Source: an uncultured Gammaproteobacteria bacterium
GTDB taxonomy: Bacteria; Patescibacteriota; Patescibacteriia; CAYZDG01
Assembly: GCA_964536515.1 (NCBI GenBank)
Contig: CAZHXI010000001.1
Span: forward strand, 31,480-95,479
DNA: 64,000 nt
Direction of reading: 5' to 3'
Every line of letters starts with the position of its first letter. Position 1 is the first letter of the stretch. The notes beneath the pieces are model-generated. The model was not told where the DNA came from, did not search any database, and saw only the letters and a program-made list of their open reading frames with translations. Below, in pieces: positions 1-10,418 of the stretch. Both the position numbers and the translations under genes were made by a program.

Positions 1-1
1 G

Positions 2-127
2 GCGCCGGACGCAGAGGTGCAGGCAGCGGCGCTCGCGCTGGAGCCGGTGCAGCGCTCTTTGAAGGACCAGAAGCCGCAGCGCGTGGTGGTGGTGCAGGAC
101 AAAATTGTGAGCATCGTTACCGACTAG
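2..127 (+). CDS. leuS: Leucyl-tRNA synthetase, C-terminal fragment (partial)
   Basis: Frame 2 reads ...AALALEPVQRSLKDQKPQRVVVVQDKIVSIVTD*, resembling the LeuRS C-terminal 'KVIxVPxKLVNIV' domain; TAG at 125-127. Confidence 0.7.
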   Translation, partial: APDAEVQAAALALEPVQRSLKDQKPQRVVVVQDKIVSIVTD

Positions 128-131
128 AGCC

Positions 132-1301
132 GTGTTCCACCGCCTCTCATTCATAAATAGCCTGCTGCCGATGCGGCTGAAGTCGGCGGTGCGTGACCTG
201 TACGTGGCCACCACCATCCAGAACTTCGCCCTGGCCATGGTGGCGGTGTTCGAGCCGGTGTACCTGTACCAGGCCGGCTACCGCCTGGGCACCATCTGCC
301 TGTTCTACGCCGGCGTGTACCTGCTGTACATCCTGCTGCTGCCGCTGGGCGTTAAGTTCTCGCTCCGCTTCGGCTACGAGAAGGGCATGGTGGTCGGCTC
401 GCTGCTGTGGGTGGCGCTGTACGTGCTGCTGGCGCTCTCGGTCGCCAACCACTGGTTCCTGCTGGCCGCGGTGGCGGTGTACGCCGTGCAGAAGATGTTC
501 TACTGGCCCGGCTTCCACGCAGACTTTGCCCAGTACAGCGTGGATGAAGAGCAGGGCCGCGAGCTGGGGAGCATCAGCTTTTTGCAGATGTCTGCTGCCA
601 TCGTGGGGCCGGCCGTGGGCGGCATCATTCTGGCGACCGCCGGGTTCACCACCCTGTTCACCGTGGTGGCGATGCTGCTGCTGGTTTCGAATACTCCCTT
701 CCTGCGGCGACCGGAGCGCTTCGAGCCCGAGACCATGCGCTACGGCGAGCTGTGGCGGCAGCTGTGCGCACGGGTGAATCGCCGCTGGACGCTCGCGAGC
801 TTGGGGTACGGCGAGGAGCTGGTGGCGTTGGTGCTGTGGCCCATTGCCATGGCTATAGTGCTGTCGCAGAACAGCGTGGCCCTGGGCGGCCTAATGGCTG
901 GCACCGCCCTGGTTACCGCAATTTCGGCGCCCATCCTCGGCAAGCTGAGCGACCAGGCTTCGCCCCGGCGCATCCTGCGTAATTCCTCGCTGCTCTACTT
1001 CGCCAGCTGGATCTGGCGCCCCCTGGTCGCCAACCCCCTGGGCATCCTCATCTCAGACACCCTTTCTCGGGTAGCGAAGAACGGCATCGGCGTCAGCTAC
1101 AGCCAGCTGCTGTACCGCCGGGCGCGCGACGACGGCCGGGTAATGGTTCGCGTGATGACGTTCGAGCTGGGCCTGGCCGTGGGCAAGGCCCTGGTCGCCC
1201 TGCTGCTGGTTGCCGCGTTCGCGCTGGGCGCGCAGCTGTGGCTCGGGTTCGCCGTTGCCGCGGCGTTCACCCTGCTCTACCTGGCGCTGGCAAAGGAATG
1301 A
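132..1301 (+). CDS. MFS transporter
   Basis: 389 aa, about 12 hydrophobic segments, motif-A-like GKLSDQASPR. Confidence 0.8.
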   Translation: MFHRLSFINSLLPMRLKSAVRDLYVATTIQNFALAMVAVFEPVYLYQAGYRLGTICLFYAGVYLLYILLLPLGVKFSLRFGYEKGMVVGSLLWVALYVLLALSVANHWFLLAAVAVYAVQKMFYWPGFHADFAQYSVDEEQGRELGSISFLQMSAAIVGPAVGGIILATAGFTTLFTVVAMLLLVSNTPFLRRPERFEPETMRYGELWRQLCARVNRRWTLASLGYGEELVALVLWPIAMAIVLSQNSVALGGLMAGTALVTAISAPILGKLSDQASPRRILRNSSLLYFASWIWRPLVANPLGILISDTLSRVAKNGIGVSYSQLLYRRARDDGRVMVRVMTFELGLAVGKALVALLLVAAFALGAQLWLGFAVAAAFTLLYLALAKE

Positions 1302-2092
1302 TCATCCCAGACAAGTCCAAGGGGCAGCACTTCCTGGAAGACCAGCAGGTGGTGCGTGACCTGGTGGCTGCCGGCGGGGTAGCGGCGGGGGACCGCGTGG
1401 TAGAAATTGGCCCGGGCCCGGGGGCGGTAACGGCCGCGCTTCTGGCTGCCGGCGCCACGGTGGTAGCTGCGGAGCTAGACCGGCGGTTCGCCCGGGGGCT
1501 AGAGGCGCTATCTAGCCAGCACCCCGGCCGGCTGAAGGTGCTGTGGGGCGATGCGGTGGCGATGGGGCCAGCTGGCATCGCCGCCCAGTTCGCCCAGCCC
1601 GGGCCGTACAAGGTCGTGGCTAGCCTGCCCTACAATATTTCATCCAGCTTCTTCCGTGCCTTCCTGTGGAGCAACCCCTCGCCGGTGAAGATGTCGGTGC
1701 TGGTGCAGGCCGAGGTAGCCGAGCGGGTGTGCGCCGAGGCTGGCAGCGCCAGCCTGCTGACCCTGGCGGTGCAGCTGCGCGGCGAGCCCAGGATCGTTCG
1801 CTACGTGGAGCGTGACAGCTTCCAGCCGCCGCCGCAGGTACGGTCCGCAATTGTGGCAGTCGATGTGGCTCCCGGCGACGTCGTGGCCAGCGAGGAGCTG
1901 TGGCGGGTGGCCCGCATTGGGTTCTCTAGCCGCCGCAAGCAGCTGAAGAACCACCTCGCCGCCGGATTCGGGGCGAGCGTGGCCACGGCCAGCGACTGGC
2001 TGGAGTCCGTGGGCATTTCGGTGCAGGCGAGGGCCCAGGAGCTGTCGGTGGAGCAGTGGCGGGAGCTTGCCGAAAAGTCGTCGGCTAGCTAG
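1298..2092 (+). CDS. rsmA: 16S rRNA m6,2A dimethyltransferase (KsgA)
   Basis: KSKGQHFL, VEIGPGPG, SLPYNIS, F.PPP.V.S and RRKQL motifs; ATGA overlap with the MFS stop sets the start at 1298. Confidence 0.95.
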   Translation: MIIPDKSKGQHFLEDQQVVRDLVAAGGVAAGDRVVEIGPGPGAVTAALLAAGATVVAAELDRRFARGLEALSSQHPGRLKVLWGDAVAMGPAGIAAQFAQPGPYKVVASLPYNISSSFFRAFLWSNPSPVKMSVLVQAEVAERVCAEAGSASLLTLAVQLRGEPRIVRYVERDSFQPPPQVRSAIVAVDVAPGDVVASEELWRVARIGFSSRRKQLKNHLAAGFGASVATASDWLESVGISVQARAQELSVEQWRELAEKSSAS

Positions 2093-2169
2093 CCATACTC
2101 GCCATTGCGAGTATTCGGTATTTGTTTTGTAGTAAGTAGCTGTTTCGTTTCAGAATTAATTGTTGGAGT

Positions 2170-2192
2170 GGACAGTTCGTGGTATAATTTTT
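2170..2192 (+). promoter_or_regulatory. Extended -10 promoter (TG-N-TATAAT), copy 1 of a 23-bp motif also at 17880
   Basis: GGACAGTTCGTGGTATAATTTTT, 12 nt between TATAAT and the ATG at 2201. Confidence 0.7.
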
Positions 2193-2200
2193 ACCACTGT

Positions 2201-2755
2201 ATGCCCGGCTCGGCTCCGAATGCGTTCGTGCGGCGCTTTACCCAACCCGGGGTAGTGCTAGTCGCCGTCGCCCTCACCGGGGCCATGGGCCTGGTGGGTG
2301 GCTTTCGGCAGATCCGTTCGCAGATTCTAGATCCGTTCGCAATTCAATCTCCGACATCGAATGGGGCGGCTCCTGCAGCTGCGGTAGACACCGACGGCGA
2401 TGGCCTGAATGACGAGCTGGAGCTGCAGGCTTACGGCACCAGCCCCTACGTCGCAGACACCGACTCCGACGGCGTCTCTGATGGCAACGAGGTTGCGGCC
2501 GGCACCAGCCCAACCTGCGCCGCGGGCACTAGCTGCGACCCCCTGACGGTAACCGGGGGGTCATCCGCTGCGGCTACGACAACCCCCCAGGCGGGTTCAC
2601 CCACGGCAACGGCTCCGGCAGACGCAACCCCCGAGCAGCTGCGCCAGCTGCTGGTGCAGGCTGGCCTAGATAGCGCGCAGGTGAACAGCTTAACCGACGA
2701 GGAGCTAGCCGCTGCCTGGCAGGCGGCGGTGCAGCAGGCGGGCGGCGCCCAGTAG
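2201..2755 (+). CDS. Membrane-anchored protein with thrombospondin type-3-like Ca-binding repeats
   Basis: N-terminal TM; DTDGDGLNDELE..YGTSP..ADTDSDGVSDGNE repeats. Confidence 0.75.
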   Translation: MPGSAPNAFVRRFTQPGVVLVAVALTGAMGLVGGFRQIRSQILDPFAIQSPTSNGAAPAAAVDTDGDGLNDELELQAYGTSPYVADTDSDGVSDGNEVAAGTSPTCAAGTSCDPLTVTGGSSAAATTTPQAGSPTATAPADATPEQLRQLLVQAGLDSAQVNSLTDEELAAAWQAAVQQAGGAQ

Positions 2756-2756
2756 T

Positions 2757-5700
2757 ATGGAGCGGCGACGATTGAGCGGCTTGATCCTGGGGACGCTGGT
2801 AGCAGCTGCACTGCTCGGCACAACCCTCATAGCTACGGTCAGCGTAGCCAGGCTGCGAGAGCGGGCGTTCGCCGCCGTTGGTTTCGGTGGAACTGGAGCA
2901 ATTCTGAAGACGATCACGCAGGGTTCCGGAGCCGCAATTGCCACGCCAGGATTCCCCGTCGTTGCAGACCCGGGTGTACGTACGCAGAACTTCTTAAGCT
3001 CGCTGGGCGATGCGATTGGCTCGGCGCTTGAGAGCAGCGGCAAGCTGCTGGTGAAGAATACGCTGTCGCGCTTCTTGGGTGAGCTGGCGCGCGGCACGGC
3101 GGAGTGGATTGCTACCGGCAGCCCGGGCCAGATGCCGCTGTTCGAGACGCAGGGTGGGTACGAGTTCATGGCGGCGACGCGTGACGCGGCTACCGCAGAG
3201 TTCCTAGATAGCCTGGGCAGCGCCTACGGCGTAGACGTGTGTAACCCCGAGCTCGGCGCCAAGCTGGTCATCCACTACAGCAGCCTGCCGTCTAGCCGTC
3301 TGGATACCCCCCGCTGCTCCCTGAAGCAAATTCAGGAGAACTGGGCTGAGCTGCTGCCGAATAACCAGGCCTTCCTGCAGCGGTTCAGCGCCGCACTGGA
3401 GCCAGACCAGAACGACCTGGGCATTGCGCTGACCCTGGAGAAGAAGCTGGTGGTAGAGCGCGAGACCAAGGCGAACGCCGCCATTCTGGAGCGGCTAGAG
3501 TCGCAGGGCCTCAAGCCCCTGAAGGACCTCGCCGGTAATATTGTGACCCCGGCGGCGGCGGTGAACGAGCAGATACGTCAGACCCTAGGCTTGAGCGCGC
3601 AGAAGGAGCTGTCGTTCATCGGCGACCCGGTGGCGGATGCCATTGGCATATTCACCAACACCCTGGGCAACAGGCTTCGAGAGAAGTGGCTGAAGCAGGG
3701 CTTCGTGAACATTGCCGACGTATTCAATCGCACCGGCAGCAGCGGCGGCCTGTTCGGCGGAGCCGGGCGCTACAGCGTGGCCGAGCCCCGGTTCGCTGCG
3801 CTGGCCGGTTTGGAGCTGGGAACCTCGGGATCAATCGACGTCGTCGGCGAGCTGTCTGCGTGCTCGGACCCCGCAGACCCGGGGTTCGGCAACCAGTGCG
3901 TGCTCGACCCCTCCTTCGCGCAGGCGGTGCAGCAGCAGCTGACGGTACGCGAGGCAATGGAGCGCGGCTTGCTACGGGGTGAGTGGGCGTTCGGCTACCT
4001 GCAGGACGGCAGCGAGCCTCGCTACGGCACCGGCTACCCGTACTCGGCAATGGTCGTCATGCGCACCAAGCGCATCGTTCCGGTCGGCTGGGAGCTGGCG
4101 GCGCAGGCAGCCAAGGCATTCGGGCAGGGCGTTACCTTGGACCACGTGCTGCACTGCTACGAAGATCCTGCGGCCGCCGGCGATGGATCGCGTCCGGTGG
4201 ACTGCCAGATTAACGGCATTAACCCGTTCTACCACCTGGTAGACCCCAACTGGCTGCTCAAGGTTCCGGCCACGTACTGCGTGCGGCGCGGCGCCAGCGC
4301 CGAGCTGCTAACCGAGGAGTACATCTGCAACCAGGACACGAACGGCGATAGCTTCGTGGACTGCGTGAACCTAGATTCGAACATCAACGGCATTGCCGCT
4401 CCGGTCGATGGGGATCCGAGCTCCAAGGATGAGTACCTCAGGGTGATCCAACGGGCCGAGTACTGCGCCGACGAGCAGAGCTGCATCGCCGAGAACGCCG
4501 ATGGTACCTGCCGCGCCTACGGCTACTGCTTCGAGGAGAAGCAGACCTTCAGCCTGGGGGACAATGCCTGCCCGTCGCAGTTCGCCTCGTGCGTGGGCGT
4601 AACCACGCCCAGCGGGCAGCAGACCGCCTACATCCAGGACAGCGTGCAGACCTGCCCCACCGGAGCCGCTGGCTGCCAGTGGTACAGCCGTCGCAAGAGC
4701 GGCGCCAACTGGAGCGTCGCCCCCACCGACCGCATCTACCTCAACTCCGAGGCGGCAACCTGCAGCCCCGACGACGCCGGCTGCCGCAAGCTGCTGCGCT
4801 TCGGCCAGGGCACCAACCTGGTACCCAACGGCGGCTTCGAACAGTACGACCGCCACCTGCCCAGCGATCCGAATGGCACAGATAACTTCTTCATCAACGG
4901 CGGCACGGCACGTGGACGGGCCTACACCAACGCGGCCGATGTGTACGAGGGGCAGGCATCGTTCCGCCTGACGCGGTCCGGTAGCATCAGCGTGCTGGCC
5001 GAAACGGGCAGCGAGGTAGCGGGCCGAACCTTTACCGCCTCGGTTGCCAGCAAGAACTGCACCGCCGGTTCGCTGTCGCTGCTGGACGGCGACGGGGGAG
5101 CCATTGGTGCTCCGGTCAACCTGCAGATTAGCGGGCCCGACACAGACAACGGCCAGTGGCACACCGCTACTATTACCGGCACCACGCAGGCGCCGGGCAC
5201 CAGCCTTACGGTGCAGGTTACCGGCCTCAATGCCTCGGTGGATTCCGACTGCCTGCTGGACTCGCTCGCCCTGACCGAGGGTTCGGCGAGGGCTACGCTG
5301 GCCTACGGCGCCGGACGTTCGGTGCACATTAGCAGCCGAGCCACGCAGTGCAGCCAGGACGACGTGGGCTGCCAGGCCTTCGTGCCGACGAGCGGCGACC
5401 CCACCGTGTTCGGCCGTATTACCGCCAACGATTACTGCCCGGCGCAGTGCGTGGGCTACCAGAACTACAGCCCCCTCATCAACACCTTCGAGGAGCGCGA
5501 GGGTGCGTCCGCCCCGGCGCCGTCTAACTTCATTCCCTCTACCGCACGCAGCTGCAGCGCCGTTGACGTGGGCTGCAGCGAGTTCACCAGCCTGGCAGAG
5601 GTGCCGGAAGGCGGCGAGCGGGTAGCCTACTTCAGCCAGGTGCAGCAGTGCGTGCCCGAGGCGACGCCGAGCGTGGGTACCTACTACACCTGGGAGGGCA

Positions 5701-8700
5701 GCGATACCGCCGGCTACCAGCTGCGCGTCTGGCAGCTGCTGCGTACCAATATCTCGGGGCCCCTGGCGCCGTGCACCAACCTCAGCTTAGACCCATCCAT
5801 TCAGCCGCCGGTCTGCTTGGATACGGCAGAAAACCGGGCGACCTGCGACCTGAATGCCGGTAACCCCGACTGCCGCGAGGTATTCGACTCCAATGCCACC
5901 AGCCACGGCGTGCTGTGGAGCCGCGTGGTGCAGGCGACGAACGACTGCCAGCAGTACCGTCGCACCGGCACCGACTTCGTGTACAACGTTTCGCCCCGAC
6001 TGGCGCGGCGCTGCCCGGCTGCGGCCAACGGCTGCCGCCAGTACCGCGGCGCCACCGGCGGCAACACCCGTACCGTTCTTCTGGCGGACTTCGAGACGTC
6101 ATCCGCCGCTGGCTGGGGCGGCACGCGCGTGGCGCTGACAACCGAGGCTCTGCAGGTCGGCGGGCACTCGCTGCTCGCTCTGGGCGCCAGCGGCAGCGTT
6201 ACGTTGCGCCGCACCGAGCCGCTAGCCATGCGTCCGGGCCACCAGTACATGCTCACCGTGTGGGTGAAGGGCTCAGACCGAGACATTCCGGCCGGCAACG
6301 TAACCCTACGCGGGGGCCTGCGCCGCCTGCTGGGCGCCCTGGGTGCAACCCCGGCGTCTGCCCAGCCCGGGCCTGCCGAGAACCTGGTATTCAACGCCGG
6401 GCCTACGCCCATCGGCGGCGAGTGGCAGAGGCTACAGATCGGGCCGGTTACGCCCACCACGCAGGCGAGCACCATGACGTTCGATATCACCGTGGCTATC
6501 GGCGGCCTTCGCAGCGCCTACTTCGACAACATCCAGCTGAAGGAGGTAACCAGCGATACGTTCGTGGTGCAGAACTCGTGGGAGACGCCGCAGGCCTGCG
6601 ATAACCCACCCGGCCTACCCAACGGCACCGACTCTAACCCCCGCACCGAGCCCGGCGCCATGGTGGGCTGCAGCGCCTACCGCGTGGCTGGCCGCCAGGT
6701 AACGCTGAGGTCTTTCAATCGGCTGTGCGCCGAGCGCAACGTGGGCTGCCAGGCGTTCATGGATACGGCGAACTCTGCCTCGCCGTTCGCCCAGCGTTTC
6801 AACTCAACCTGCAGCCTGGGCGCCCCCGTAGCCACGCCCACCGTCTGTAGCTCGGACGGGTACCAGCGCTGCGTGGTGGGAGCCGGCGAGGCGAGCTGCC
6901 GCTACACCCAGACCTCTGACTACGACCCCAGCTCTGCCGCGGAGCCGCTGGTAGCCGACGAAGACCAGGTGCCGGTGCTCGGCGACCGGGTTACCTACCT
7001 GGTAGACGACCCTGCGGCGTACTGCAGCGCCGAGGTAGCCGGCTGCACCCAGCTGGGCTTGCCCCGCATCAACAAGCAGGCGTGGTCTGGCAGCGGCGCA
7101 GCCCCGGCCAACGGCATCGTCAGCTGGCAGGACGTGTACAAGGTGGCGAACCCAGACCAGTTCAGCCGCAGCCTGTGCAGCGTCGGCCAGCTGTGGTGCG
7201 CGGCGCACCGCGTCTCGGGCGGCGGCACGCTTACCTTCCGCGACCCGCAGGGCAGCCTGGCGGGGGAGAGCCGTACCTGCGAGTACCGCACGGGCGTGCA
7301 GATTGGCAGCCAGCTGGTTACGGGCTGGTTCCGTACCGGCACCGACGACGGCTGCCGCGCCACGTCTAACTACAGCCTGCCGCTCAACGGCGGCCCGGGC
7401 TACGACCGCTTCGTGGGCATCTGCCCGGCGCAGTACAGCGGCTGCACCAACTACCGTAACCCGCAGCCCAGCGCCACCGGCGGCGAGCGCGACAACTACT
7501 TCCTGCGCAGCAGCGTAGATAGCAGCTCGTGCAACGGCCTGGTAGATGTGGCCGGCGGCTGCATGCTGTTCCGCGACCCAGCCCAGCCGGCGCTGTACAG
7601 CTCACAGTACAGCTACCCGCCCTACCGGCTGCCGGGCCAGGCGCCGGTAGCAACCTCGACGCTAGATAGCAACGTGGTCCTAAAGGTGCGGCGCGACCGC
7701 AGCTGCAGCCAGTGGTACAGCTGCGGCAGCAGCGTGGCCGTGCCCGGCAGCCCCACGGGGCAGCGGGTGTGCACGTCGCTCACCAGCTGCACGCGGCTGA
7801 ACCCCGCCACCAACCAGTGCGACAACCCCGGCGGCGGATCGTTCCCCGTCGGCAGCGCCGGCTTCCCCAACGAGTTCACCTTCGCCAGCCCGGATGACAG
7901 CACGCGGTGGCGTAACCTCTCCGGCTACACCGTACCCGGCATCCAGTTCACCGGCGGCCCGGGCCTGGTGAGCCGCGGCTTCACCCCCTACAGCAACATG
8001 GAGCAGATTGGGCTCTCCGCTACGGTCTCGAACGGCGGGTTCGACGACGCGGCAGACAGCCTAGCCTCCACCGACGGCGTGGGCTGGCATAGCTGCGACT
8101 CCGGCGCCCCGGCGGTACCGGCAGCGCAGGCTTGCAGCTACGTGGTTTCAGCCAACAGGGTTCGCGAGGGACGCGCGGCGCTGCGCTTCAGCTCTACGGT
8201 CGGCGCCGTAACCACCCTGCGGCACGGCGTCGTGGCCGTGGCTCCGAACTCTACGTACGCCGTCAGCGTGCAGCTGAACACCGTAGACCTGCTCGCCGGC
8301 GACGTGGCGCTCGAGGTGCTGGATGGCGGCGGCACGGTACAGCTGCGTCTGCAGCAGGGCTCGGGCCAGGGCTGGCAGACGCTGCTGGGGCAGTTCACCG
8401 CTACCGGCAGCGTTACCCTACGCCTGGTCGCCTCGGCTGATGCCAGCGGCAGCGCCTACGTAGACGACGTGAAGATCGAGCCGGTGCTGCAGGTGAACGG
8501 CGAGCCGCGCTTCGTGGGCCAGCAGTGCCGCGTCTACCCGCGCGGCGACGCACCGTCGTGCCGTTACACCCAGGCAGACGGCGAGTACCGGGGCATCACG
8601 GGCTACTGCCTGCAGCCCGACCCCCGCGACCCCAGCCGCTGCATCCAGTGGTGGCCGGTGGACGTGGTAGCCGGCCAGTCGTTCGACGTCTTCGGCGAGA

Positions 8701-10415
8701 CCATTAGCCTGAGCGGCCGTACGCCCCTGCGCTACTGCACCGAGGCTGCGGGAAACGCCTACGACGACAACCGCGATGGCACGAAAGAGTACTGGCGCGA
8801 TGCGGGGGTAGACGCGAATATTGATGGCGGCGGCACCGGCGGGGAGATAAGGGCTGCGTGCAACCCAGACCCCCTGGCGGCGTCGCCCTCTAGTACAGAT
8901 GATGGCTGCACGCTGGCTGAGATGAGCTCCGGGTGGGCGGTGGAGGAGCTTTCGGGTATGCACCTCTGGAACGTTCACTGGAGCCAGGTCGCCCGCATTG
9001 TGGCAGACGGCGACTACAACGCCTGCAATAAGCACTACTCCGTAATGCCAGAGCTACGTGAGTACACGTTCGAGATGCACGAGCCAACTAGGTCCGTTAC
9101 GCGTTTCGGCTTCTGGACAGACTGGCAGAACGACAGCGAGGGTGAGACCTGGGCTTTCTTCGGCGTCGACCGCGGCAGCGGACTCATCAACTACTTCATC
9201 GGCTACGTCAACGATACGGCGGGCAGCGGCGAGGACTGCACCGTGGACTTCAAGATCGTCACCAAGGAGCAGTGCTCGGTCGTCGCCGAGGTTCGGGCAG
9301 ACGATACGCACACGGCGTGGTTCGACCGTTTCAACGGCGGCACCTACTCCGACGCTAGCTTGGTCCCCGCCAACGATGCCGCTCCCTACGGCGCCCTGCC
9401 GGCTAACGCCGCTGCAGACCTGATGGGTGCCACCTGCGATCCCGATATCCTGGCAGCTTCGGACTCGCTGAGTATCGATGAGGGCTGCGCGTTGCCCATC
9501 GGCAAGTTCGCCCTGCGGGCCAACGGCTCGCAGGCCGAGCGCGGCGGCACGCCGCTGGCCTGTCCCGTGGGCGGGTGCGCCGTGCCGCAGTGCACCCTCG
9601 ACCGAGCCAACAGCTGCGGCACCGCTGGCCAGACTACCGCCTGCTTCGATGCACTGGCTACGCCGGGAATCGGCTTCTGCTCCGGCAACCAGGTGCCCAG
9701 CGCAGCGAACGAGGGAACCAGGGTCGAGGGCGCCGTGCGCCTATCGCAGATGTTCGCCCGCAGCTACTACACCTGGACCCTAGACCCCGCCACCCACCGC
9801 TACCGCATCAACGACTGCCTTAACGACGATACGATTCAGGTAGCCATTGCCGCATCCCCCACCGGGGTAGACTCCGGCAGCGGTTGCTGGGACAGGCGCA
9901 AGCTGCTATCCACGCCAGATCCTGCCCCCACCACGCTCCGCCCGCGGGTACCCGAGATTAGCATCAACGGCAATTCCAGCGACACGCCCGAGGTGGCAGC
10001 CAGCGTGGGCGATACTGTGGAGCTGCGCTTCAGCTCGCTGCTGAACGCCGACCGCCTGCCGCTGCGCTTCATCCTGGTTGACTGGGGCGACGGCGAGCGG
10101 ACCGTTACCTCGCGGCTGAGCATCAACCACCAGCCGTCCGTGGCTAGCGGCCACCTGTTCACGCACACCTACTCTACCCGGCCGACCACGACCTGTGGGT
10201 CCGACTTCTGCGCCACCATTCGGGTGCAGATCGAGGACAACTGGGGCTTCTGCAACGGCGCACTCCCTGCGACGAGCTACAATATCAACAATGGCAACAT
10301 GAGCCTCAACCAGAGTGGCGCCGGCTGCTTCATTGGGAACGCCACCGATAGCCTCCGCTGGACCAGGGCAACCACTACCCTCCGCTTCTCCACCGCGGTA
10401 GAGGAAGACGTCTAG
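2757..10415 (+). CDS. Giant (2552 aa) cysteine-rich exported protein with carbohydrate-binding (CBM4/9-like) and PKD-like domains
   Basis: Long ORF with N-terminal TM, many C-x(4-6)-GC modules, NLVPNGGFE / ADFE..W / NGGFDD..YVDDV sandwiches and C-terminal VDWGDG. Confidence 0.8.
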   Translation: MERRRLSGLILGTLVAAALLGTTLIATVSVARLRERAFAAVGFGGTGAILKTITQGSGAAIATPGFPVVADPGVRTQNFLSSLGDAIGSALESSGKLLVKNTLSRFLGELARGTAEWIATGSPGQMPLFETQGGYEFMAATRDAATAEFLDSLGSAYGVDVCNPELGAKLVIHYSSLPSSRLDTPRCSLKQIQENWAELLPNNQAFLQRFSAALEPDQNDLGIALTLEKKLVVERETKANAAILERLESQGLKPLKDLAGNIVTPAAAVNEQIRQTLGLSAQKELSFIGDPVADAIGIFTNTLGNRLREKWLKQGFVNIADVFNRTGSSGGLFGGAGRYSVAEPRFAALAGLELGTSGSIDVVGELSACSDPADPGFGNQCVLDPSFAQAVQQQLTVREAMERGLLRGEWAFGYLQDGSEPRYGTGYPYSAMVVMRTKRIVPVGWELAAQAAKAFGQGVTLDHVLHCYEDPAAAGDGSRPVDCQINGINPFYHLVDPNWLLKVPATYCVRRGASAELLTEEYICNQDTNGDSFVDCVNLDSNINGIAAPVDGDPSSKDEYLRVIQRAEYCADEQSCIAENADGTCRAYGYCFEEKQTFSLGDNACPSQFASCVGVTTPSGQQTAYIQDSVQTCPTGAAGCQWYSRRKSGANWSVAPTDRIYLNSEAATCSPDDAGCRKLLRFGQGTNLVPNGGFEQYDRHLPSDPNGTDNFFINGGTARGRAYTNAADVYEGQASFRLTRSGSISVLAETGSEVAGRTFTASVASKNCTAGSLSLLDGDGGAIGAPVNLQISGPDTDNGQWHTATITGTTQAPGTSLTVQVTGLNASVDSDCLLDSLALTEGSARATLAYGAGRSVHISSRATQCSQDDVGCQAFVPTSGDPTVFGRITANDYCPAQCVGYQNYSPLINTFEEREGASAPAPSNFIPSTARSCSAVDVGCSEFTSLAEVPEGGERVAYFSQVQQCVPEATPSVGTYYTWEGSDTAGYQLRVWQLLRTNISGPLAPCTNLSLDPSIQPPVCLDTAENRATCDLNAGNPDCREVFDSNATSHGVLWSRVVQATNDCQQYRRTGTDFVYNVSPRLARRCPAAANGCRQYRGATGGNTRTVLLADFETSSAAGWGGTRVALTTEALQVGGHSLLALGASGSVTLRRTEPLAMRPGHQYMLTVWVKGSDRDIPAGNVTLRGGLRRLLGALGATPASAQPGPAENLVFNAGPTPIGGEWQRLQIGPVTPTTQASTMTFDITVAIGGLRSAYFDNIQLKEVTSDTFVVQNSWETPQACDNPPGLPNGTDSNPRTEPGAMVGCSAYRVAGRQVTLRSFNRLCAERNVGCQAFMDTANSASPFAQRFNSTCSLGAPVATPTVCSSDGYQRCVVGAGEASCRYTQTSDYDPSSAAEPLVADEDQVPVLGDRVTYLVDDPAAYCSAEVAGCTQLGLPRINKQAWSGSGAAPANGIVSWQDVYKVANPDQFSRSLCSVGQLWCAAHRVSGGGTLTFRDPQGSLAGESRTCEYRTGVQIGSQLVTGWFRTGTDDGCRATSNYSLPLNGGPGYDRFVGICPAQYSGCTNYRNPQPSATGGERDNYFLRSSVDSSSCNGLVDVAGGCMLFRDPAQPALYSSQYSYPPYRLPGQAPVATSTLDSNVVLKVRRDRSCSQWYSCGSSVAVPGSPTGQRVCTSLTSCTRLNPATNQCDNPGGGSFPVGSAGFPNEFTFASPDDSTRWRNLSGYTVPGIQFTGGPGLVSRGFTPYSNMEQIGLSATVSNGGFDDAADSLASTDGVGWHSCDSGAPAVPAAQACSYVVSANRVREGRAALRFSSTVGAVTTLRHGVVAVAPNSTYAVSVQLNTVDLLAGDVALEVLDGGGTVQLRLQQGSGQGWQTLLGQFTATGSVTLRLVASADASGSAYVDDVKIEPVLQVNGEPRFVGQQCRVYPRGDAPSCRYTQADGEYRGITGYCLQPDPRDPSRCIQWWPVDVVAGQSFDVFGETISLSGRTPLRYCTEAAGNAYDDNRDGTKEYWRDAGVDANIDGGGTGGEIRAACNPDPLAASPSSTDDGCTLAEMSSGWAVEELSGMHLWNVHWSQVARIVADGDYNACNKHYSVMPELREYTFEMHEPTRSVTRFGFWTDWQNDSEGETWAFFGVDRGSGLINYFIGYVNDTAGSGEDCTVDFKIVTKEQCSVVAEVRADDTHTAWFDRFNGGTYSDASLVPANDAAPYGALPANAAADLMGATCDPDILAASDSLSIDEGCALPIGKFALRANGSQAERGGTPLACPVGGCAVPQCTLDRANSCGTAGQTTACFDALATPGIGFCSGNQVPSAANEGTRVEGAVRLSQMFARSYYTWTLDPATHRYRINDCLNDDTIQVAIAASPTGVDSGSGCWDRRKLLSTPDPAPTTLRPRVPEISINGNSSDTPEVAASVGDTVELRFSSLLNADRLPLRFILVDWGDGERTVTSRLSINHQPSVASGHLFTHTYSTRPTTTCGSDFCATIRVQIEDNWGFCNGALPATSYNINNGNMSLNQSGAGCFIGNATDSLRWTRATTTLRFSTAVEEDV

Positions 10416-10418
10416 GAT

